DNA of 64,000 bases from Acidobacteriota bacterium (GCA_003222385.1 QHVV01000113.1:1352-65351), one strand, 5' to 3'; shown: positions 28,401 to 36,973, numbered from the stretch's first letter. The notes: generated by a model not told the origin, from the sequence alone. Program-made: numbers and translations.

Positions 28401-29738
28401 CGCGTTCTGGGTCCGGTTGTTGTAAGTCCAGACTTCGAGGTCGCGGAAATTCGTCGGCGGGCAGCTCTTCGCCTGCTCGACCGAGGCCGGCTCGCCCCAG
28501 CGCAGGACCATGCGGCCCGCGTCCTGCCTCCAGCCGTCGTATTTCTCGTCGGCCAGGCGCCGCAGCTCCTCGTACCGCTGCCGGTAACCGGGACCCAGCG
28601 GGAAGAGCAACCCCTCTTTCTCGCGGCGCGCCCAGAACGTTTCCTTGAACGTCTCGCGCTGGTGCGGCTCGGTCAGCTTCAGATAGAGCGTCTCCTCCTC
28701 CGGCTGGATGATCGGGGCGACGAACTCCGTCAGCCACTTGCGGTCATCGTCGGAAAGCGCCGCGAGACGTTCTTTCTTCGAAGGCTCTTTGGCGGGAGGA
28801 GCTGGCGGCGTTTGAGCCGCGGCCGCCGGAACGACGGCCGTCGAGGAGACCGCGACCGGTTTCGCGGCGGTGTCGGACGGGAGGCCGGCAAACCTCTTGC
28901 GAAGCTCGCCCAGGTCCTCGGTCGAGACGCGCGGCGGCTGGGAGAGCGAAGCCAGCTCGGCGGCCGTGCCGCTCTGTCGGCTGCGGATCTCCTCGGCGAT
29001 CCGAGCGACGCGGCATCCCGTCTCGCCGCAGCGCTTTGCCGTCGCGCCGGCCTGCGTGCACGCCGGATCCATCGAGGAAATGCCGCTCACCGGCGCGGAC
29101 GCCGGCATGCAAAGCTCCTGGAGCGTCGTCAGGCAGCTCGCCGGCTGGAGCAGCTCCTTGTCGCCGAACGCCGGGCTCCAGACCTTGCGGACTCCGCCGT
29201 ACGTGGGGCGGTAGAAGAGGAACTGTTTTGCGCCGCCGGACGCGGTCGCGTAGGTCCACTCCTCGACATGGCGCAACGCGTCGCTGCACTCCGGGAACTC
29301 CTCGATGCGGGAAGGTTCCCCGAGACGCAGGACCATTCTTCCGGCGTCGCTCGAGAGGCCGTCGTAAGCGGTCGAGGCGAGGTCCCGGAAGTGCTCGTAG
29401 CGCTGGCGGTAACCCGGACCCATGGGCGAAGCCAGGCCGTCCTTCTCCCGGCGTTTCCAGAACTCTTCCTTGAAGATCTCCCGCTGATGAGGATCCGTGA
29501 GCTCGAGGAAGAGCTTTTCCTCCTCCGGCAGGACGATCGGCGCGACGAACTCGGTCAGCCACTTGCGGTCTTCTTCGGGAAGCGCCGCGATGCGTTCTTT
29601 CTTCGAGGGCTCCTTCGTGGTCGTCTGGCTCGAGCCGGCTCCGGGGAGTAGGAGGAGGGCCGCGAAAAGGAGCGGGTAAACGGATCGCCTCATGGATTGG
29701 TCCGCGTCGGATTCTAACCCTCTCATCCGCATTGCCAT
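25476..29738 (-). CDS. giant secreted protein: three N-terminal GWxTD-type domains + Ig-like region + C-terminal von Willebrand factor A (VWA) domain
   Basis: 1420 aa. Three repeats, KEPSKKER(I/L)AAL..DRKWLTEFVAPI...PHQRE.FKE.FW.RREK(D/E)GL...GPGYRQRYE...DGWRQDAGRMVLRWGEP...WTY (GW.xD...G.P motif). C-terminal VWA with MIDAS DTSASM and ...ALVILTDGKDTAS. Start may be ATG 29693 (MRRSVYPLLFAALLLLPG signal peptide) rather than 29738. Confidence 0.85.
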   Translation of the reverse strand: MAMRMRGLESDADQSMRRSVYPLLFAALLLLPGAGSSQTTTKEPSKKERIAALPEEDRKWLTEFVAPIVLPEEEKLFLELTDPHQREIFKEEFWKRREKDGLASPMGPGYRQRYEHFRDLASTAYDGLSSDAGRMVLRLGEPSRIEEFPECSDALRHVEEWTYATASGGAKQFLFYRPTYGGVRKVWSPAFGDKELLQPASCLTTLQELCMPASAPVSGISSMDPACTQAGATAKRCGETGCRVARIAEEIRSRQSGTAAELASLSQPPRVSTEDLGELRKRFAGLPSDTAAKPVAVSSTAVVPAAAAQTPPAPPAKEPSKKERLAALSDDDRKWLTEFVAPIIQPEEETLYLKLTEPHQRETFKETFWARREKEGLLFPLGPGYRQRYEELRRLADEKYDGWRQDAGRMVLRWGEPASVEQAKSCPPTNFRDLEVWTYNNRTQNAVVRSVERFFFYRPTMGSPRKLWTVGTRDSDVFEPGSCRKSFKDLYLDCTPAASLVDPCMAGCQQLCDVYKVWQENVARQGSESGGMIEASRLLAPPKVATEDMNEMTGKFASLPNPKAKTIGVEGPGSTAKPETATAAKAPVAASTPAPTHRKLSRKEVKELSAQLKPKYREFLELVDLIITDQEKEVFLQIADDYQKDRFIETFWRRRSIDTQGLRNDYQAVHTHRVEMAKEQFKNLNSDRAKTLIINGPPDAVIAIDCPEVYVPIQIWYYDRLEVLKSKVYLIFYQPYGVGDYKLWLPLDGEGVLQVGGGFGSSSGMRSPTNRRVDYDRCLETRTLRQAIAYSTAVLGSGASSLAGSGKLFQPPTIETEGVDQILTMTTELATGSVPLGIAKLVRFPEMRANKIGVDLSLLVAKSDLKARDLGEEKFYNVDVIGEVVKGERLIDNFKYRFDIPTQEIGGEKIPLTVRRYLYPGDYNLVLKISDGNQSAEGRITDKLTVPEQPDAPPPEVAAARTEGRATVEKARDLGLLPSAISLLPVAKEIATGLQRFETKAAEGVKAVEFYLNGSKVMTKTRPPFDADLNLGPLPRRHTVRVVAYGSAGRAIGEDEYIVNEGREIFRVRVMSPEKGSKVSGPTKVVAAVAVPEGKTLQKLEIYSNERRVATLYQPPFEQTVNIQQGKSLGYIRIVGTLEDGTVAEDLRYVNAPAYISEVSVDAVELYTTVTDKGRPVSGLQQSNFKVLEDGVIQKVESFEYVKNLPLTLGVMVDTSASMLESLPEAQQAALTFLDYSIGPKDRAFTVSFDNEPYLLTKLTNRKDRLFRSLAGLRAEGSTALYDAIIYGLYQFTGVKGKKALVILTDGKDTASKFDYDTLVEYVKKAGISIYGIGLKISGADLEVKYRLNKLAQATGGQTFYVDSPKNLESIYRQINDDLRSQYMLTYYSTNTGTKDKWRKVEVKVEPSSLQARTITGYYP
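28100..29620 (-). repeat. intragenic tandem duplication (~830-bp units) encoding GWxTD-domain repeats 1 and 2
   Basis: Near-identical DNA segments about 835 bp apart, e.g. CGACGAACTC(C/G)GTCAGCCACTTGCGGTC...AAGCGCCGCGA..CGTTCTTTCTTCGA at ~28720-28790 and ~29555-29625. The protein repeats are ~90% identical over their first 60 aa. Confidence 0.6.
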
Positions 29739-29771
29739 TCCTTAATCGAAGTTTTACGAGACCGTGTGCGC

Positions 29772-29777
29772 GATAAT
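29772..29777 (+). promoter_or_regulatory. candidate -10 element (GATAAT) upstream of the cysteine desulfurase gene in a locally AT-richer divergent intergenic region
   Basis: Only the -10 is convincing; the -35 is poor. Its position favours ATG 29812 as the start. Confidence 0.25.
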
Positions 29778-29811
29778 GAAATCGGATCGGAAACGCGGAC
29801 ACCTCCTCTCC

Positions 29812-30972
29812 ATGATCTATCTCGACAACAACGCATCCACGCCGTTGGATCCGGAGGTCCGCGAGGCCATGGCGGCCTCGCTCGATCTGTACGGAAATCC
29901 GTCTTCGGTCCATTCCGATGGACGCCGCGCCCGGCGGGCGATCGAGGAAGCCCGCGACGAGGTCGCCCTTCTCGTGGGCGCTCGGCCCGAGGAGATCTTC
30001 TTCACGTCCGGCGGGACCGAGGCGAACGCTCTGGCGATTCTGGGGTCGGTCGCGCGGGGCCCGGGCCGGGTCGTGACGTCCGCGGTCGAGCACCCTTCGG
30101 TCCGCGAAGCGGTCGCCCGGCTCTGCGAAGAGCGCGGGCTCGAGGCCGTCTCCGTGGCCCCGGACGAAACGGGCCTCGACCCCGGCCGGATCCTGGAAGC
30201 CGCAGTCCCCGGCACGAAGCTCGTCTCGGTGATGGCCGCCAACAACGAGTACGGCGGCGTTTTCCCGATCGCGGAGATCGCGAGAGGTCTCACCGCGCGG
30301 GGAGTCCTCTTCCACACGGACGCGGTGCAGGCGGCCGGGAAGATCGGGGTGGGCGTCCGCGAGTGGGGCGTCGATCTCCTGACCGTCTCGGCCCACAAGC
30401 TCCACGGCCCGAAGGGGGTCGGGGCGCTCTACGTCCGCCGGGGCCTTCCGCTCCAGGCGCACACGCCGGGCGGGGGACAGGAGAAGAAGCTCCGCGGCGG
30501 CACCGAGAACACCGTCGGGATCGTGGGGTTCGGCGTGGCTGCCCGGATCGCCCGGGGGCGGCCCGCGGACGAGGGCCAGGCCATCGAGCGGCTGCGCGAC
30601 CGTCTCGAGCGGGGGATCCTCGAACGGATTCCGCGGACGGACGTGGTCGGCGGCGCGGGACCTCGACTGCCGAACACGTCGACCGTCGTCTTCGAAGGAG
30701 TCTCGGGCGAGACGCTGCTCTTCCGGCTCGACCTCGACGGGGTCGCGGTGTCGGTCGGCAGCGCGTGCTCCAGCGGGACCCTGACGCCCTCCCCGGCGAT
30801 CCTCGCGCTCGGATTCTCCAACGAGCAGGCAAAAGGAGCGGTGCGTTTTTCGCTGTCGCGTTTCACGAGCGCGGAGGAGATCGATCGGGTCCTCGATCTG
30901 CTGCCGCGGGCGGTCGCGGACGTCCGCGGCGCGCGCGACAGGGTTCCCATCCCGATTTCGGTTCCGGGCTGA
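29812..30972 (+). CDS. iscS: cysteine desulfurase, IscS/NifS family
   Basis: MIYLDNNASTPLDPEVREAM...SGGTEANALAI...LTVSAHKLHGPKGVGALYVRR...SVGSACSSGTL... The PLP-lysine motif SAHK and the catalytic Cys loop are present. The track ORF starts at 29764; ATG 29812 matches family N-termini. Confidence 0.9.
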   Translation: MIYLDNNASTPLDPEVREAMAASLDLYGNPSSVHSDGRRARRAIEEARDEVALLVGARPEEIFFTSGGTEANALAILGSVARGPGRVVTSAVEHPSVREAVARLCEERGLEAVSVAPDETGLDPGRILEAAVPGTKLVSVMAANNEYGGVFPIAEIARGLTARGVLFHTDAVQAAGKIGVGVREWGVDLLTVSAHKLHGPKGVGALYVRRGLPLQAHTPGGGQEKKLRGGTENTVGIVGFGVAARIARGRPADEGQAIERLRDRLERGILERIPRTDVVGGAGPRLPNTSTVVFEGVSGETLLFRLDLDGVAVSVGSACSSGTLTPSPAILALGFSNEQAKGAVRFSLSRFTSAEEIDRVLDLLPRAVADVRGARDRVPIPISVPG

Positions 30973-30991
30973 GCCGGCCGGAGGAGACCCG

Positions 30992-31552
30992 TTGATCGTC
31001 GTCGAATGCGACCACTGCTTCGCCCGGCATCGCTACGACGAGGCGAAGTTCGAAGGCAACCCGTCGAAGAAGCTTCGGTGCGCGAAGTGTCAGGCGGTCT
31101 TCGAGGTTTACAACACGCACGCCTGGCAGACCCTGTCGCCGCTCGCGGACACCGCAATGCCCGACGTGGAAGGGCCCGACGCGGACGGGGATTTCGACCG
31201 CGCCGATCACGTTTTCGGACGGCGCCCGGGGACGGACTCGCGGCTGCCGGAAGGCGTGAAAGCGTCGCTCGTGGTCATTTCGGGGCCGCAGGCCGGAAAG
31301 ATCTTTCCGATTACGAAACGGCGCGTCGTGATCGGCGGCGAAGGCGCCGACGTCCTTCTGGAGGACGGACTGGTCTCGCGCGAGCACGCGGCGCTCGAGA
31401 TCGCGGAAGAAGGAACCTGGCTGCTCGACCTCCGCTCTTCGAGCGGCACGTTCGTCGGGGGCCGCCGGGTTCGGGAAGTCCTGATCGACGACCGCGGAGA
31501 GTTCACCGTCGGCGGCTCGACGCTCATGTTGGTCGTGACGGATGCGGGTTAG
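30992..31552 (+). CDS. zinc-ribbon + FHA-domain protein
   Basis: GGAGGAG RBS then TTG. N-terminal CDHC...CAKC zinc ribbon. C-terminal FHA core ...VVIGGEGADVLLEDGLVSREHAALEIAEEGTWLLDLRSSSGTFVGGRRV... Confidence 0.8.
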   Translation: MIVVECDHCFARHRYDEAKFEGNPSKKLRCAKCQAVFEVYNTHAWQTLSPLADTAMPDVEGPDADGDFDRADHVFGRRPGTDSRLPEGVKASLVVISGPQAGKIFPITKRRVVIGGEGADVLLEDGLVSREHAALEIAEEGTWLLDLRSSSGTFVGGRRVREVLIDDRGEFTVGGSTLMLVVTDAG

Positions 31553-31580
31553 CTCGACGCGGCTCGCGTAGAATCGCGCG

Positions 31581-32705
31581 ATGCGCCTGGCGGTCGCGAT
31601 GTCCGGCGGGGTGGATTCCTCCGTCGCCGCTCTCCTGCTGAAGGAAGAGGGGCACGACGTCGTCGGCCTTTCGATGCAGCTCTGGGACCATGCCGCCGAC
31701 ACCGGCCGCACCGGCCGCTGCTGCACTCTCGACGATCTCTCCGACGCGCGCCGGGTCGCCTGGAGGCTCGAGATCCCGCACTACGTCGTCAACCTCGAGG
31801 AGGAGTTCCGCGAGGAGGTCGTGCGTCCTTTCGTCGCGTCGTACCTGGACGGCGAGACGCCGATCCCGTGCTCGGCGTGCAACGCGAAGGTGAAGTTCGC
31901 GACCCTGTGGGACCGGGCCCGCGCGATGGGCTGCGAAGGCGTCGCGACCGGCCACTACGCGCGGGTCGGCATCGACGGCGCGACCCGCCGGCCGGTTCTG
32001 AAGAAAGGTGCCGACGCCTCGAAAGACCAGTCCTACTTCCTGTACGACCTGACGCCGGAGCAGCTCCGGGCAGCGCGGTTCCCGGTCGGAGAGCTCACCA
32101 AGGAGGAGGTCCGCGCGCACGCCCGCCGCGCGCGTCTGCCGACCGCGGACAAGAAGGAGAGCCAGGAGATCTGCTTCGTGCCGGCCGGAACGCGCGCCGG
32201 CGAGTTCGTGGAAAACGCCGCGCCGGCATTCGGCCTGCCGCTGCCGACCGTGCCGGGCGTCGTGGAGAACGCGGCCGGCGAGCGTCTCGGAGCGCACGCC
32301 GGACACTTCCGCTTCACGGTCGGTCAGCGGCGCGGGCTCGGCCTGGCCGCCGCCGAACGGATGTACGTCATCGCGATCGATCCGGAGGCGAACCGCGTGG
32401 TCGTCGGCGGAGGAAAGGAGCTCGAAACCTCCGAAGCCGACGTCTCCTCGCTCCGGTTTCCTTCGGGCGAGATGCCGGCCGCTCCGTTCCGGGCGGAAAT
32501 CCGCGTGCGCCACCGCGCGCCCGAGGTGCCCGCGACGGTCCACCCGTCCGGAGACGGCGACGCGCGGGTCGTCTTCGATCGGCCCGTGCGGGCAGTTGCT
32601 CCCGGCCAGTCCTGCGTCTTCTATCGGGGCGATATCGTCCTGGGCGGCGGCGTCATCGCGAAACACCGGAACGGCGGATCCGACAGGGAGCGCCGCGGCG
32701 CATAG
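31581..32705 (+). CDS. mnmA: tRNA-specific 2-thiouridylase MnmA
   Basis: MRLAVAMSGGVDSSVAALLLKEEGHDVVGLSMQLW... is the PP-loop SGGxDS. ...DQSYFLY... and catalytic Cys residues (CCTLDD, PIPCSAC) are present. Confidence 0.95.
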   Translation: MRLAVAMSGGVDSSVAALLLKEEGHDVVGLSMQLWDHAADTGRTGRCCTLDDLSDARRVAWRLEIPHYVVNLEEEFREEVVRPFVASYLDGETPIPCSACNAKVKFATLWDRARAMGCEGVATGHYARVGIDGATRRPVLKKGADASKDQSYFLYDLTPEQLRAARFPVGELTKEEVRAHARRARLPTADKKESQEICFVPAGTRAGEFVENAAPAFGLPLPTVPGVVENAAGERLGAHAGHFRFTVGQRRGLGLAAAERMYVIAIDPEANRVVVGGGKELETSEADVSSLRFPSGEMPAAPFRAEIRVRHRAPEVPATVHPSGDGDARVVFDRPVRAVAPGQSCVFYRGDIVLGGGVIAKHRNGGSDRERRGA

Positions 32706-32715
32706 TTCGCGCGGC

Positions 32716-33624
32716 ATGAGAAGGCTTCTCGCCGGGCTTCTGCTCTCGGCCGCGGCCCTGGCCGCTTCCGCGCAGTTCGTCCCGACGCCGGACTACCGGC
32801 GCGACACGCTGTTGATCGGACCCAATCCCGTTCTCGCCGCGGGGGACGCCGCCTGGTCGCACCGGGATCAGGGCCGGGTCGGCACTCGGGCGAGCGCGCA
32901 GCGGATCTCCGAAGCGATCACCGGCTACGAAAGGGCGGCCGAGGCGCCGGGAGAAGCCGAGCCCCGGTGGAAGCTCGCGCGCGCCCTGTTCTTCAAGGCG
33001 AAGTTCACCGGGCTCGATCGCGACCGGCAGCTCGCGCTCTACGAGAAGGCGCGCCGGGTCGGCGACGAGGCGATCGCGATCGTTCGTCGCCGCGTGTCCG
33101 GCGAGAGGCTCTCTGCCGACGCTTCGCCCGCGAAGGTAGCCGAGGCGCTCTCCCGGGAGAAGGATGCCGCGCCCGCGTACTTCTGGACGGCGGTCGCGTG
33201 GGGCGAGTGGGCGCTCGTCGCAGGAAGGGTTGCGGCCGCGAGGACCGGGGCGGCGACGAAGGTCCGGGACGATGCGGCGACGGTGATCGCGCTCGATCCG
33301 GACTTCGAAGAAGGCGGGGGATACCGGATCCTGGGACGTCTGCACGATCGGGCGCCGCGGATCCCGTATCTGACGGGCTGGGTGTCCCGGTCGGAAGCGA
33401 TCCGGAATCTGCGCCTCGCGGTCCGGACCGCGCCGCGCAACTTCGTCAACCGACACTTTCTCGCCGAGGCCTTAGCCGAAGAGAGCGCGGCAGAAAAGGC
33501 CGAAGCGGTCCAGATCGAAAAGGAGATCGTCTCGGACGCGCCGTCTCCCGGCCGCCTGGTCGAGGACCTCTCGATCCAGGACGAAGCGAAGCGGAACCTA
33601 GCGGCGTGGAGAGCGCGCCCCTGA
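32716..33624 (+). CDS. secreted hypothetical protein (helical/TPR-like)
   Basis: ATG at 32716 gives signal peptide MRRLLAGLLLSAAALAASAQ. Alpha-helical repeat-like composition, no confident family. The track ORF starts earlier at 32596. Confidence 0.55.
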   Translation: MRRLLAGLLLSAAALAASAQFVPTPDYRRDTLLIGPNPVLAAGDAAWSHRDQGRVGTRASAQRISEAITGYERAAEAPGEAEPRWKLARALFFKAKFTGLDRDRQLALYEKARRVGDEAIAIVRRRVSGERLSADASPAKVAEALSREKDAAPAYFWTAVAWGEWALVAGRVAAARTGAATKVRDDAATVIALDPDFEEGGGYRILGRLHDRAPRIPYLTGWVSRSEAIRNLRLAVRTAPRNFVNRHFLAEALAEESAAEKAEAVQIEKEIVSDAPSPGRLVEDLSIQDEAKRNLAAWRARP

Positions 33625-34110
33625 GCGGCACGGAGCGATTCGTCGAACCCGTGGCGCCTTCGGCAGCGCCCGGAGCAGATCGGCGACCCCGCGACCCGAG
33701 CGGGGATCGCTCCACGACGGGTTGATCTCCGCCAGCGGGGCGAGGGCGAAACGGCGCCCGGACAGCCGCGGGTGGGGAAGGATCGGATCGCCCGTTTCGC
33801 GCAGACGGCCGGCGAAATCGAGAATGTCGACGTCGATCTCGCGGGGGCCGTTCGCGAACGTGGACGTCCGTCCGACCCGGCGTTCGACCCGGCGCGTCTT
33901 CTCGAGGAGCCCGCGCGGCGTGCCGCTCCACGAGATCTCGACGACGACGTTCCAGAAGTCGGGCTGGTCGCGGAATCCGACCGGCTCCGTCTGATAGAAA
34001 GAGGAAACCTTCCGCAAAGGAGCGAACCCGGCGATCTCGCGCAGCGCGGCCTCCAGATGGGCGCGGCGGTCGCCGAGGTTGGATCCGAGGCCGAGGTACG
34101 CGACGCGGGC
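33598..34110 (-). CDS. folK: 2-amino-4-hydroxy-6-hydroxymethyldihydropteridine pyrophosphokinase (HPPK)
   Basis: C-terminal ~165 aa of track ORF 33598..34569: ...VAYLGLGSNLGDRRAHLEAALREIAG...VSSFYQTEPVGFRDQPDFWNVVVEI...REIDVDIL.., matching E. coli FolK (MTVAYIAIGSNL...SSFYRTPP...DLDIM). Confidence 0.75.
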   Translation of the reverse strand, partial: ARVAYLGLGSNLGDRRAHLEAALREIAGFAPLRKVSSFYQTEPVGFRDQPDFWNVVVEISWSGTPRGLLEKTRRVERRVGRTSTFANGPREIDVDILDFAGRLRETGDPILPHPRLSGRRFALAPLAEINPSWSDPRSGRGVADLLRALPKAPRVRRIAPCRSGARSPRR

Positions 34111-34129
34111 GCGTCGTCGTCCGCCGCCT

Positions 34130-34438
34130 TTAGAACTCTTCCTCTTCCTCCCGGTCGGCTTCGACGATCTCGTCCTCGTCGGCCTCCTCGTCTTCTCCGC
34201 GCTCTTCCTCTTCGACCGGCGCCGGCTCTTCACCGAACTCGTCCGGGTTGCCTTCGGGGGGCGGCTCCATGATGACCGCCACGCGCCGCGGAGGCCGCGG
34301 GGCGACGACTGGCGCATCCTCGGACTTCGCGTTCTTCTGATTCGCTCCGCACTTGGGGCAAATCGCTTCGGGACGACCGAGGTTGTAGAACTTCGTCCCG
34401 CAGTTGTAACACTCGAATTTTTTCCCGAGATCCGGCAT
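34130..34438 (-). CDS. FYDLN_acid-type small protein (N-terminal Zn ribbon, acidic C-terminal tail)
   Basis: ATG at 34438 gives MPDLGKKFECYNCGTKFYNLGRPEAICPKCGANQ...EEEERGEDEEADEDEIVEADREEEEEF: a CxxC...CxxC ribbon, an FY(N/D)L motif and a poly-acidic tail. Confidence 0.7.
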   Translation of the reverse strand: MPDLGKKFECYNCGTKFYNLGRPEAICPKCGANQKNAKSEDAPVVAPRPPRRVAVIMEPPPEGNPDEFGEEPAPVEEEERGEDEEADEDEIVEADREEEEEF

Positions 34439-34581
34439 CGCTCTCCGCTGACGGCGGCCAAACCTAGCACGCGCCTTTCGAAAGGGCAACCGGCGCAAAG
34501 TACGGCAAGACCAGACGTTGCGTCTCTGCTAACATCGCGCGCTCTTGCGGCGAACGATCCCTTCGGCAACCTTCTGCCGCG

Positions 34582-35688
34582 ATGTCTGACTCACTCTTCC
34601 GGATTCTCGCGCGCGATCCGGATTCCGCCGGACGGACGGGGATCGTCCCGACGGCGCACGGCGCGATCGAGACACCGTGCTTCCTTCCCGTGGGCACCCG
34701 GGGCGCCGTCAAAGGGATCGAGTTCGACCGGCTCGAAGAGTGGGACTGCCGCGCGATCCTCGCGAACACGTATCACCTGATGGCGCGCCCGGGTCGCGAG
34801 ATCATCCGGCGCGCCGGAGGTCTGCACGCGTTCCTCGGATGGAATCGCGCCATCCTGACCGACTCCGGCGGCTTTCAGGTCATGAGCCTTTCTTCGCGGC
34901 GCCGCCTGACCGAGGAAGGGGTCGAGTTCCGGACGCCGGAGGATGGAACGCGGCATTTCCTGACGCCCGAGCTCGCGGTCGAGCTCCAGTCCGAATTCGG
35001 AGTCGACATCGCGATGACGCTCGACGTCTGCCCTCCGTTTCCCGCGGAGCGCCGGCAGGTCGAGGAAGCTTGCCGGCTCTCGCTCCGCTGGGCGGAGCGG
35101 TCGCGCCAAACATGGAGCGGAACGGGACTGCTCTTCGGGATCGTGCAGGGAGGAACGCACGAAGACCTGCGCGCAAGCTCCGCCGGTCCCTTAGTCGACC
35201 TCGACTTCGACGGTTATGCGATCGGCGGGGTGGCGGTGGGGGAGCCGAAGGAGGCGATCCGGCAGATCACCCGGTTTTCGGCGGCGCTCCTCCCGGAAGA
35301 GAAACCGCGGTACCTGATGGGAGTGGGAACTCCGGCGGACCTCGTGGCGTCGGTTCGCGCCGGCGTCGACCTCTTCGACTGCGTTCTACCGACCCGGCAC
35401 GGAAGAATGGGCCACGCTTATACGCGCGCCGGCGAGGTCACGATCAAGCACGAGCGGTTCAAGGAAGACCTCGCGCCGCTCGATTCGGAGTGCGCCTGTC
35501 CCGTCTGCCGGCGGCACACGCGGGCATATCTCCGACATCTCTTCGTGCTCGGCGACTTTTCCGCTCCGATGCTGCTGTCGATCCACAACGTCTTCTTCTA
35601 CCTGGAGTGGATGAAGCGGATTCGAAACGCGATTTCCGAAGGCGAGCTCGCCACGCTCCGCGCGCCGCCGGAGGGAAAGATCGAGTAG
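34582..35688 (+). CDS. tgt: queuine tRNA-ribosyltransferase (tRNA-guanine transglycosylase)
   Basis: ...TAHGAIETPCFLPVGTRGAVKG...LANTYHLM...LTDSGGFQV..., and the Zn site CACPVCRRH...H, canonical Tgt. Confidence 0.95.
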   Translation: MSDSLFRILARDPDSAGRTGIVPTAHGAIETPCFLPVGTRGAVKGIEFDRLEEWDCRAILANTYHLMARPGREIIRRAGGLHAFLGWNRAILTDSGGFQVMSLSSRRRLTEEGVEFRTPEDGTRHFLTPELAVELQSEFGVDIAMTLDVCPPFPAERRQVEEACRLSLRWAERSRQTWSGTGLLFGIVQGGTHEDLRASSAGPLVDLDFDGYAIGGVAVGEPKEAIRQITRFSAALLPEEKPRYLMGVGTPADLVASVRAGVDLFDCVLPTRHGRMGHAYTRAGEVTIKHERFKEDLAPLDSECACPVCRRHTRAYLRHLFVLGDFSAPMLLSIHNVFFYLEWMKRIRNAISEGELATLRAPPEGKIE

Positions 35689-35692
35689 CCGG

Positions 35693-36973
35693 GTGGTAGC
35701 CTCCGACGCCGTGCGAGCGCTCCTTCCGATGCTGCTCCTGGCGGCGGTCGGCGCAACCGCGCCGGCGACGAAGGGCGAAGACCTCCACTCCCGCGCGATG
35801 CGCATCCACAAGAGCGCGATCGTCGTGGACACCCACGAAGACGTGCCGGAGCAGCTGGAGAAGGAGTGGGTGGACATCGGGGTCCGCCAGAAGACGGGGC
35901 ACGTCGACATTCCCCGCTGGAGAGAGGGCGGGGTGACGGCTCCGTTCCTCGCGGCTTACGTCTCCTCTTCTTACGCTGCGTCCGGCAAGTCGGCGAAGAA
36001 AGCGCTCGAGCTCATCGATCTGATCCGGCGTCTCGTGGAGTCGCACCCGCGGGACCTCGTGTTCGCGGACTCGGTCCGCGGAGTCCGCGTAGCCAAGAAG
36101 GAGGGCAAGATCGCGGTCCTGATCGGCATCGAGGGCGGTCACGCGATCGAAGACTCGCTCGCCGCTCTTTCCGCCTTTCACCGTCTCGGCGTCCGCTACA
36201 TGACCCTGACGCACACGAACACGAACAACTGGGCGGACTCCGCCGGCTCCTTCTTCTCGTTCAGCTACGACCCCGCGAAGACAGCGGTGCACAACGGCCT
36301 GACCGATTTCGGCCGCGAGGTCGTGCTCGAGATGAACCGACTCGGCATGCTGGTGGACCTCTCCCACGTCTCCGACAAGACCCTGGCGGACGTCCTGGCC
36401 GTATCGGCGGCGCCGGTATTCGCCTCCCACTCCTCCTGCCGGGCGATCGCGAACATGCCGCGCAACCTGACCGACGACGCGATCCGCGCGATCGGCGCGA
36501 AGGGAGGAGTCGTCATGGTCAACGTGAGCTCGACGTTCGTCGATCAGAAGGTCGTCGACGACTTCGTGGCGCGCAAGAGAGCGCTCGCGCCGAAGGCCGC
36601 GGAGATCGCGGAGCGCTACAAGGACGACCCGAAGAAGCGGGACCAGGAGACTACGGCGCTGCTCGAGAACTTGCGGAGGCCGCGGGCGAGCTGGACCGCG
36701 GTCGTCGACCACATCGAGCACGTGATGAAGATCGCAGGGGCCCGGGCGGTCGGCCTCGGAACGGACTACGACGGGATCGAGGATCCGCCGGACGGTCTCG
36801 AAGACGTATCGAAGCTACCGGCCTTGACCGAAGAGCTCCTTCGTCGCGGGCACTCCGAGGAAGAGGTGCGCGGCGTCCTCGGAGAGAACTTACTCGGGTT
36901 CTGGGAGCGCGCGGATGCGGCCCGGGCGAACGCGCCGCCGGGAAAGGAGCCGATGCCCTTCTCCAAGCCGTGA
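35693..36973 (+). CDS. membrane dipeptidase (peptidase family M19)
   Basis: ...SAIVVDTHEDVP...IGIEGGHAIEDSL...RLGVRYMTLTHTNTNNWADS...VDLSHVSDKT...FASHSS... match renal-dipeptidase family motifs. N-terminal signal peptide. Confidence 0.9.
   Translation: MVASDAVRALLPMLLLAAVGATAPATKGEDLHSRAMRIHKSAIVVDTHEDVPEQLEKEWVDIGVRQKTGHVDIPRWREGGVTAPFLAAYVSSSYAASGKSAKKALELIDLIRRLVESHPRDLVFADSVRGVRVAKKEGKIAVLIGIEGGHAIEDSLAALSAFHRLGVRYMTLTHTNTNNWADSAGSFFSFSYDPAKTAVHNGLTDFGREVVLEMNRLGMLVDLSHVSDKTLADVLAVSAAPVFASHSSCRAIANMPRNLTDDAIRAIGAKGGVVMVNVSSTFVDQKVVDDFVARKRALAPKAAEIAERYKDDPKKRDQETTALLENLRRPRASWTAVVDHIEHVMKIAGARAVGLGTDYDGIEDPPDGLEDVSKLPALTEELLRRGHSEEEVRGVLGENLLGFWERADAARANAPPGKEPMPFSKP

Noticed and set aside
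25476-29738. Mobile element or foreign island (slightly lower GC in the VWA/Ig region, internal repeats)
   Set aside because: No transposase or integrase, no terminal inverted repeats, no tRNA flank. The repeats are intragenic duplications of a protein domain.
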